Shown here piece by piece: positions 56,606 through 64,000 of a stretch of 64,000 nucleotides of DNA (position 1 is its first letter; each line of letters opens with the position of its first letter). Origin of the DNA: Balanoglossus misakiensis (lineage: Eukaryota > Animalia > Hemichordata). The stretch is taken from contig CM082576.2 of the NCBI GenBank assembly GCA_040954595.2, positions 11,473,129-11,537,128 on the forward strand, in the 5' to 3' direction. The notes under the pieces were generated by a model. The model did not search any database, had not been told where the DNA came from, and saw only the letters and a list, made by a program, of their open reading frames with translations. The translations under genes and the position numbers were made by a program.

Positions 56606-58608
56606 CTGTAATTTAAGACAAATTTTCAAACGTGAATTTTTTTTTTAAAAGCAACATGCTCGATGCTCTACCCCTCCATTAGATTTACAGATTGATCATC
56701 AACCCCCCTTTTTTATATCTCATAAAACCATGAACTGTCATTCGTCAAAAGAATTCGGCACAACTCAAAACAAGAGATTCACAGCTTCCCAGACAGCGAC
56801 ATTTTCCCAACGTGCCATTAGGCAGTAAAAAAAAACCCACCCGAACACCCGGTAGTAATAAAGATATTAAAACGATAACAACACAAGCACTGACTGGAGA
56901 CATCCAACATAAATAACTAAAAAGGTTATTAATTTTGCACGATGGTAGAACATGAGTGATTCGTGTTTACAAATCAATGATAAAATGAAGTGAAATTTGA
57001 AATCTTTTAATCTCTCTATTGTGACATAAATTACTCCTCTTCGTGCTTAAGAGTTATTATATGTCGCGAACAGTATGGTGTATGTTTGGCTACAAGGGAA
57101 AGAAATGTAGTGTTCGAAAGGCTTTGTGTGAATCATAAATTATCCACGACAGTTGAAAGTTTTCGACTTGAATTTATAATGCAATTTTCTTGTTGCCCCA
57201 GCCTGCTCATTAATAGTGGATGCAGCAATATTGTCTGAACACTCGTCTGGTGCCTGGGCAATATGCCAGTCATTTGTGATGAATTGCACCTTGGTCTTTT
57301 GATTCTCACAAGAGCACTCACAGACCGGAACAATTCCCAACTTTTGCATCCTTTATTCTGCTGTGTGTAGTGGGTGTGTTAGGTTTAGGCCAGTATGCAT
57401 GCCATGCCAGTAAGCATGGATGTACAATGTACAAATGTACGTCACGACTGCACTTTTTGCTATTGATCTGAAAGTGCAATGGATTAATCTCTCCCCCCGA
57501 CGACCCCTAAGCTGGCTAGCTCAAGGGCGCGACCACGAATTCGCGAACATTCAATTCATGCTCTCAGGAAAAGGGCATTGCCACCAATCATTGGACTCCA
57601 GTGTGCATGCGTGCACAGGCATATCCCTACAAACCATGTGGTACATGTATGTAAATGAGTCACGTGATCCGGTGAGTGATTTGCAATGCAAATGAGCATT
57701 GAGCAAAGCCAAAGGATGCAGGTAGCTACATCGAGATTTGTCATTATCTGTTAAATGTATTGCTCACTTTCAATGCAGCATTACAGTCCATCCATGCGTA
57801 TAAATTTGTTTTGATATGGAACTGTACAGGCTAATAAGCACCCGCACCCAGTGCGTTTGTGACAGCAGCCATAACAAATCCACAAATTACCCGGGTGAGC
57901 ATGGATAGGTTTGGCACCTCGGAAATTGTGAAGTGCCGCGTAGAGGGTGCCTGCTGTGGTGCTTTTGAGGTGTGGAGTGCCTGCAGTCACAGCATGCAGA
58001 ATCAATTATTTCTCTTTCAAGAGCTGCAGCTCCGATCTTGATGTTGGTGTAAGGAGGGGGGCATCTAATGTGTAATGGGACTGCAAAGTGTACTCTTGGA
58101 GACTAACACACAGCGGGACGCAGGCAAGAAAGTGTGAAAAACTAAAGCGTGTCGGCAAAACAGACCGAGCCTAAGTGATGGATTGTTGAACAACAATATG
58201 TAACAAATTCCCAGTAATCTCGTACACATTTTCACCATCCATCAAAGCCTATGCCGTTTCAACTGACAAACGACTGATCAAATATTTGATATTATGCCGG
58301 CATTGTTTCATTTCCCCACGCAAAAAATTTTCCTGATAAATATCGGGAATGATTTGCGATGAAAGTTTGGCTTATCAGCCACTGAAAATGACTACCCCAC
58401 TTTTGCTTTTATATAATGGATGAAAGCACCACTGATAAAACACATCTGCATCATAACTATACCTGCAGGTACCGCATCAACCCTTTCAACCCCATCCCTT
58501 GTGTACTGGTCCAAGACCCAACATTGAAAGTGATGAGACCTGGTTCAGACCACGATGGGAGAGGGTTCCCCACCTCCATTCACACTCCAACTTGCATGCA
58601 TGTGCATA

Positions 58609-58611
<3 letters not shown>

Positions 58612-58648
<37 letters not shown>

Positions 58649-58651
58649 ACA
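58612..58651. repeat. (CA)n microsatellite
   Basis: About 20 units with one TA interruption. Confidence 0.95.
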
Positions 58652-61600
58652 TCCTGAATTCCTTTGGCTAATGATCAAAAGCATGTACCATCTACATGTA
58701 CATTAGTGAGGTCACCATCCTCAGTAATGATAAAGCAAAATACACTCTCTCACAAATCATAAAATCTTCACGTACGAGGTAGACACACACACGAAAAAAA
58801 TAATTAGTTGCAAGTGAAGATGACAGATGAGCTGGTGTTGTTGGACCTTGAAAATTAACAGCTCCGAGGGGGAAACACTGTACCAAACAGATTGCTTGCC
58901 CCGAAGGCGATCCAACAACACGGCCTTCGTAATGGCTGAAAAACAGTCCCTACGCAAACGGCCACCAGCACGAAATCAATATCTGTGAGTAAGAGACTGC
59001 ATGCATCCACAGGGTTTGGTTTTATAAGCCTGGCCGAGAAAATCAATCCCGTGTATATTTTCTTCTCTGATTGATATCATAATCAAATTAGAGTTTGCAC
59101 CATTAGGCGCGAGGGCCATCCGTCATTTTGCAAACTCCCGCTGTGGGTTTTTTTCTTCTCTTTTCATCTAAATGGAACGTCTCCACAATTATTAATTGAT
59201 CGCACACTGGGAATACAGGACACTGTTTTCTCTCCACACCCAGATTTATGAACATTCCATTAGTGCAATATTACACCACAGAAATTTGTTATTTATTTTA
59301 TCGCTCAATTTACAAACGCTTGATCCCATTGCCCTGCTAATGGCAATATTTCATCTGTGGGGCCAACACAATACTTCATCATTAATCTGTTTAGGTGTAA
59401 CTCTCTTCGTGATACAAGATGCTCTTTTATTTCCCGCTAATGATCTCGCGGTCAAAGCGGAGCAAGTAACCGCTCATGCGTATCCGAAAAGCTGCACGTA
59501 TTATCTATCAACAGGTATTTTGCTCGTCATAAATAAGGGTTTTGAAAAAAGCGGGCATAACGAATGGCAGGAAAAGCTTGGGGATAAAAAAAACAGAAGT
59601 CAAAGCAAGTTTAATACGATGATATAGCGCTTCCACTACGTCAATTGTTCAGGGAAGAGAGTGGGGGTAATTATGGTAAACCATCACCTATGCAAATTTT
59701 GCCACAGTTACCATGGAAAGTTGACATCTAGAGATTTTCAATGGCCAGCCACGCGAAAAACCTATTTGGTCATTCAAAGACTTAAGACACGCCCTTTTGT
59801 CCAAATAGTGCAGCACATTTTGAGGGAACACGATTTTCGGGTGGCTTGGGCAAAGCAGCTAGGGGCGGGTTAAATTTGATAGCTGTTGGCAGCAAGGTTG
59901 TTGGCAGCGGAGCCAGTTTGTGGGGACAAACCAGCCTGTGTTGCAATTGAGCCAATTTCTGCAAATCGTCAGGCGGTTCACGTAGTTCACTACAAGCTCG
60001 TTACGCCAGGCACAATAACGCGCATTTCCTTATTTGACCGTTTCGCCGTGAAGAGGGCGTGACTAATGCGGCTAAAAGAGACAAAGATGACTAAATGGTT
60101 ACACACAGTTTGTGGATTAATTGCAGACAAACTATCTCATGAGAGCCTCTTCTCCTCCCGTTGTTTTCCATTAACAGACATTTCCCAGATTGCCATGCAG
60201 TTATCAAGCTGCTCCGCAGAGTAGGGGTTGTCATGGAAACAGACATAAACACAACAGAGCTGGAATTTCCAGTTTGTTTGGGGAGCTTCATCCACTCCAG
60301 TCCAATTTGGTGAAAAAATAACGTTTACGTTGCAGAGCCACACTTGAAGTTCATTCCTCTGTCTACGTGTCAGGGGTCTCGCAGTTTCATATTTACATGG
60401 AAGAACAATGTATTATTATATGCCTACTGCCATAGCCCCACAGGGTCTGTTTGTACAATATCTTTCTGCATTTGTACAGTATGTGTAGTCCCAATATGGC
60501 CGATGAATGTTACTACATACTGGTATGCCGGTATAATTTTGTAATAATGTTATTCAGTTCTCATCCGAAAGATTCACGAAAGACGACTCTTTGCTCCTCA
60601 AAATTTACCATAAGACGGCATTGTGTGAACATTTAATGAAGAAAGGTGTATTACATGCACACTGCATTCCTATAGTAATGTGCAAATGTATTAAAGGCTG
60701 TATATGCACTTTGCTCCTCGAGGTAAATCCAATACGAATGTAGACAATCTGGAAGCATAAGAAAATATGTTTTCCTTTTCAAACAAATCTCGCCTGAGTG
60801 TCACAGAAATTAACTTTTGCAGACTTTTAAAATAAAGCACATCCCGTTTGATTGACAGAGGTTGATTGTAGCCGAGTCGTGAAGAACTGCCCCGATCACC
60901 TGGGAAGATTATTTTTCCATCAGCAAATTATGTGACGAGAGTACATTTTGTATGATTTCCTTTCTAAGGTTAGGGAACAGAGGTCTTTATTATTTTTTTA
61001 CCGGGGAAAAACTGCACGCGATTGAATGAATCGTAAGCTTTGCGTATCGCGACGCCAAGGAATACACGCTTTCCCCTTGATGACTATGTCCATTATTTAC
61101 TTATGACTTAAACAGAAATGACATTGCTGTCAAAAGCAATAAGCCTCTTCCGTTTTGACATTCCTCTGCTCCAATAGTGACAGCACCAATTATACATGTC
61201 TGAGGAAGACATCAGGCAATGCTGTTGGACTATAATACATTCGTTAGTTTTTTACGGCACGAGCAAAGGTAAATTCCACAGCGTCCTTTAACCTACATCT
61301 ATCCACAAGTGGAAATTGTTATTTGGCTATCATAAACACCTGAGTCCTTGTGGTACCACTCATCTCACTTAGAAAATCTCTCAACTAACTAACATCCGGC
61401 TAGTGTTGTTCGACTACATTTATTGTGTGTGCTAGATGCAGGACATCTGTGTCCTCATGGTGCACCTGGTTCGACAATCCATCAGACTTGGTCATCACTG
61501 TGTAGGCCATAACACCACACACCTGGGTCCTCTTAGAACGTTCACTTGAATCAAATTTATCGTATACTATATCAACTCTCTGGGGAAGAATTATGGTTAA

Positions 61601-64000
61601 GTAAGACAGAAAATGATCATCACATCAGACAGACAGGTGAATCGGAAAAACGTGTCTGGTGAGAACGGTATTATTCGACCTTCATAGACTTCAAGAAGCT
61701 TGACCCATCTGCGAAAATAAAATTTCCCATAAAATGCTGTCTGCTAATACAAAATGGTGCCAGTGTCTTTTAAAGATAAAAAAAAAAGCGAGATGGGAGG
61801 AGAGAAAGGAACTAGGTCGTGCTCAGATGTCATCGTTGATGACGCAGTCCCTGCTTTTAATTGTAAGCGACTGATGTGAACTTGAGAGACATTGTGTACA
61901 CACAAGATACTGATCTGTAAAAATACATGTGAAATTAAATGGCTGACAGTCTACCATAGTTAGGTCATATCATAAAATGAAAAAAAAAACTTCAGATGTA
62001 ATGCCTCGGGGGACAGGAAAAAAAATGAAACATAATTGCTGTCGGGCAACCATATGGAATGATATCACAGAAATAAATTAATATGCATTAACTGACACTG
62101 CACCTTTAGAAAGTCGTCATTGTGCACAAAGTCTGATCTATGGTATAAGTTTACCTCCCAGGACTTTTACAATAGGACTGAATATGCCATTAGGCAAGTG
62201 TGTATATAGAATTGATGTAGCTGATTTTATTTGAGCGATTTGCATATTATTTGCATATGATTTACATAAACCACACTTCCCAGCAAGTACATTACATCAT
62301 GCATTAGGTGAACAGTGTGTCTTCTATGACTGTGTAACTTTGAAACTATAAACAGCCAATCAGTAATAAAAAATCTCCTGATATTGAATTATTCACCACA
62401 CAGCAAATGAACACTGTTTGCGTGGTGTTTGATTCAGAGAGCAATCACGCCATTGGTTTAGTGTTCCCATGGAAAATCTTGGTGTACTGCAATACACGTG
62501 GCAACTAGCACTTGGCAATTACGCAGACTGTCGCTATAATCTTCAGTTGTGTGGGTTGTGTGTGTTTTTTTTGTAAATGTCAGTGGAAATGCAGTCGGGT
62601 TATTACTTTCACATTACCCGTGTGTCCTTTCGAGTCAGTTTGTTTCTCCCGGGTTGCAGGATATGCAATCGCGCTCCTCTGGGGCAATTTCTCCAGTTAC
62701 ACTCGATGTAATATTACGCATACAGAAAAAAAAACGTTGCCGATAAGGCCACACTGAGCTGGAAATTGAACATTAGTCACTACACACAGGTGCTGGCAAC
62801 TAAGTCAATGCGCGAGTCTCATTACGTTTGTGCTGACAAGGGGAGAAAATTCCCCCAGCGATTAGTACGTGCCTAGTATACTTGCGATTGTCCAGCTCAC
62901 AAACACATATCCTGTTTTTTTCACCACTCTCTCTATTTTTTTTTCTGTGGGTGATGAAAGAAGACGCACTACAAGACACACGGCACGTTTGTCAATGAGA
63001 GCAGCTGCAGCAGATGCCATGGACAAAAATTCTGAGTTGTCGCGCGTGAATTAAGGAATTAAAATTTTGGTAGCTTTTTTCAATTCTACTCCTGTTTACA
63101 TTTGATTTGCCATGGGATATTTACGCTTACGTCATGACGCATAGCCAACTGAAGAGTTTCAAATTACAAAACAAATTAGTCTGATTAATTGTGCAAACTC
63201 CGCCGATGAATAAACCCATGGAAATTGTACAATGTCTGCACAAATGCAAAGACCGCCTGGCACAGACTGTGGTATTTTCCGTCTAAAAGTTTAGCATACA
63301 AATGACAACTGGGGGGCTGGTCACGCGTCGGTGCTCGACACAATTGAAATGTTTTGCTCTCAAACAATCCGAAAATTAAGACGCATTCAGAGAGGTGGGC
63401 AGCATTGGCGAGGGAGAGTTTTCCTGAGGCTGCGGCACACACAATGCACACTAGAGACTACAGCATTTCCTTGTAACAATAACAGCTCGGGGGTTCCCTT
63501 GATAGTCCGTTATGTTTTTCCACAAGTGGCCGAATGTTTCCACTTAAAACACGGGGAAAAAAGAAGGATGGTTTTCTCAATGCAGCTGTATACACCGTGT
63601 GATACTTTATTGGCCCACACTGTCCAACTATGGGTGAATTTGGCTTTTTTTTACAGCGAACTTAGATATTATTTAAGCAAACATGAATCATCCTATCTAT
63701 ATCTCAATATATAGGCACCTACGCATAGCCAGAGAACAAAACATCAAATTAGCTGCAAATCTTGGTGTGGTATTTAAAAAACAATTAAAGCCTGCCAGGG
63801 CCTAGGCTCTGTGATTCATCCCTGCTAACATGCTGGTACAAGCACTTTTTCTGAGGGCCAAAAGACGACGTCATTACATTCAAAACTTTAGTCTACCACG
63901 GCTGATATCCTCAATGAGGACGCATTGACCTTGCCGTAGTACATCGCTGATCTATCTTCTTTTTTTATCTTAAGTCCTTTTGAAAAAGCAGTTCAATTTT

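Noticed and set aside
56429-56629. Track ORF MKICLKLQMRVVMMV...
   Set aside because: Off-frame reading of the acidic exon.
57133-58041. Minus-strand ORFs as upstream exons of the 56.5-kb gene
   Set aside because: No convincing phase-compatible donor/acceptor pair or protein-like sequence.

Overview
This is eukaryotic, almost entirely non-coding DNA. Long microsatellites, G/C homopolymer runs, frequent TACATGTA, LINE fossils and MITEs suggest an animal, probably a marine invertebrate; that assignment is inference, not proof. I see no operons, rRNA, tRNA or CRISPR arrays. Almost all ORFs in the supplied track look spurious. The one convincing coding segment is a minus-strand terminal exon at 56484-56605 encoding an acidic tail with an NLS-like end (xESGDDGEANDDEDDGEEEDRDNEPSSTSSEPEAKKQRSA*). 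The rest of that gene probably lies beyond a large intron to the right. The same frame stays open for 194 codons after the TAA, making it a readthrough or alternative-splice candidate. Positions ~1-55 kb look like a CpG-rich gene desert. It holds a 52-bp TIR element with a 9-bp TSD, a 156-bp TTAA-flanked Kolobok-like MITE, two degenerate LINE RT fossils, a ~731-bp perfect (GATA)n array, other micro- and minisatellites, and several motif clusters. I cannot support a new multi-gene system here. All calls were made by eye, without database searches.
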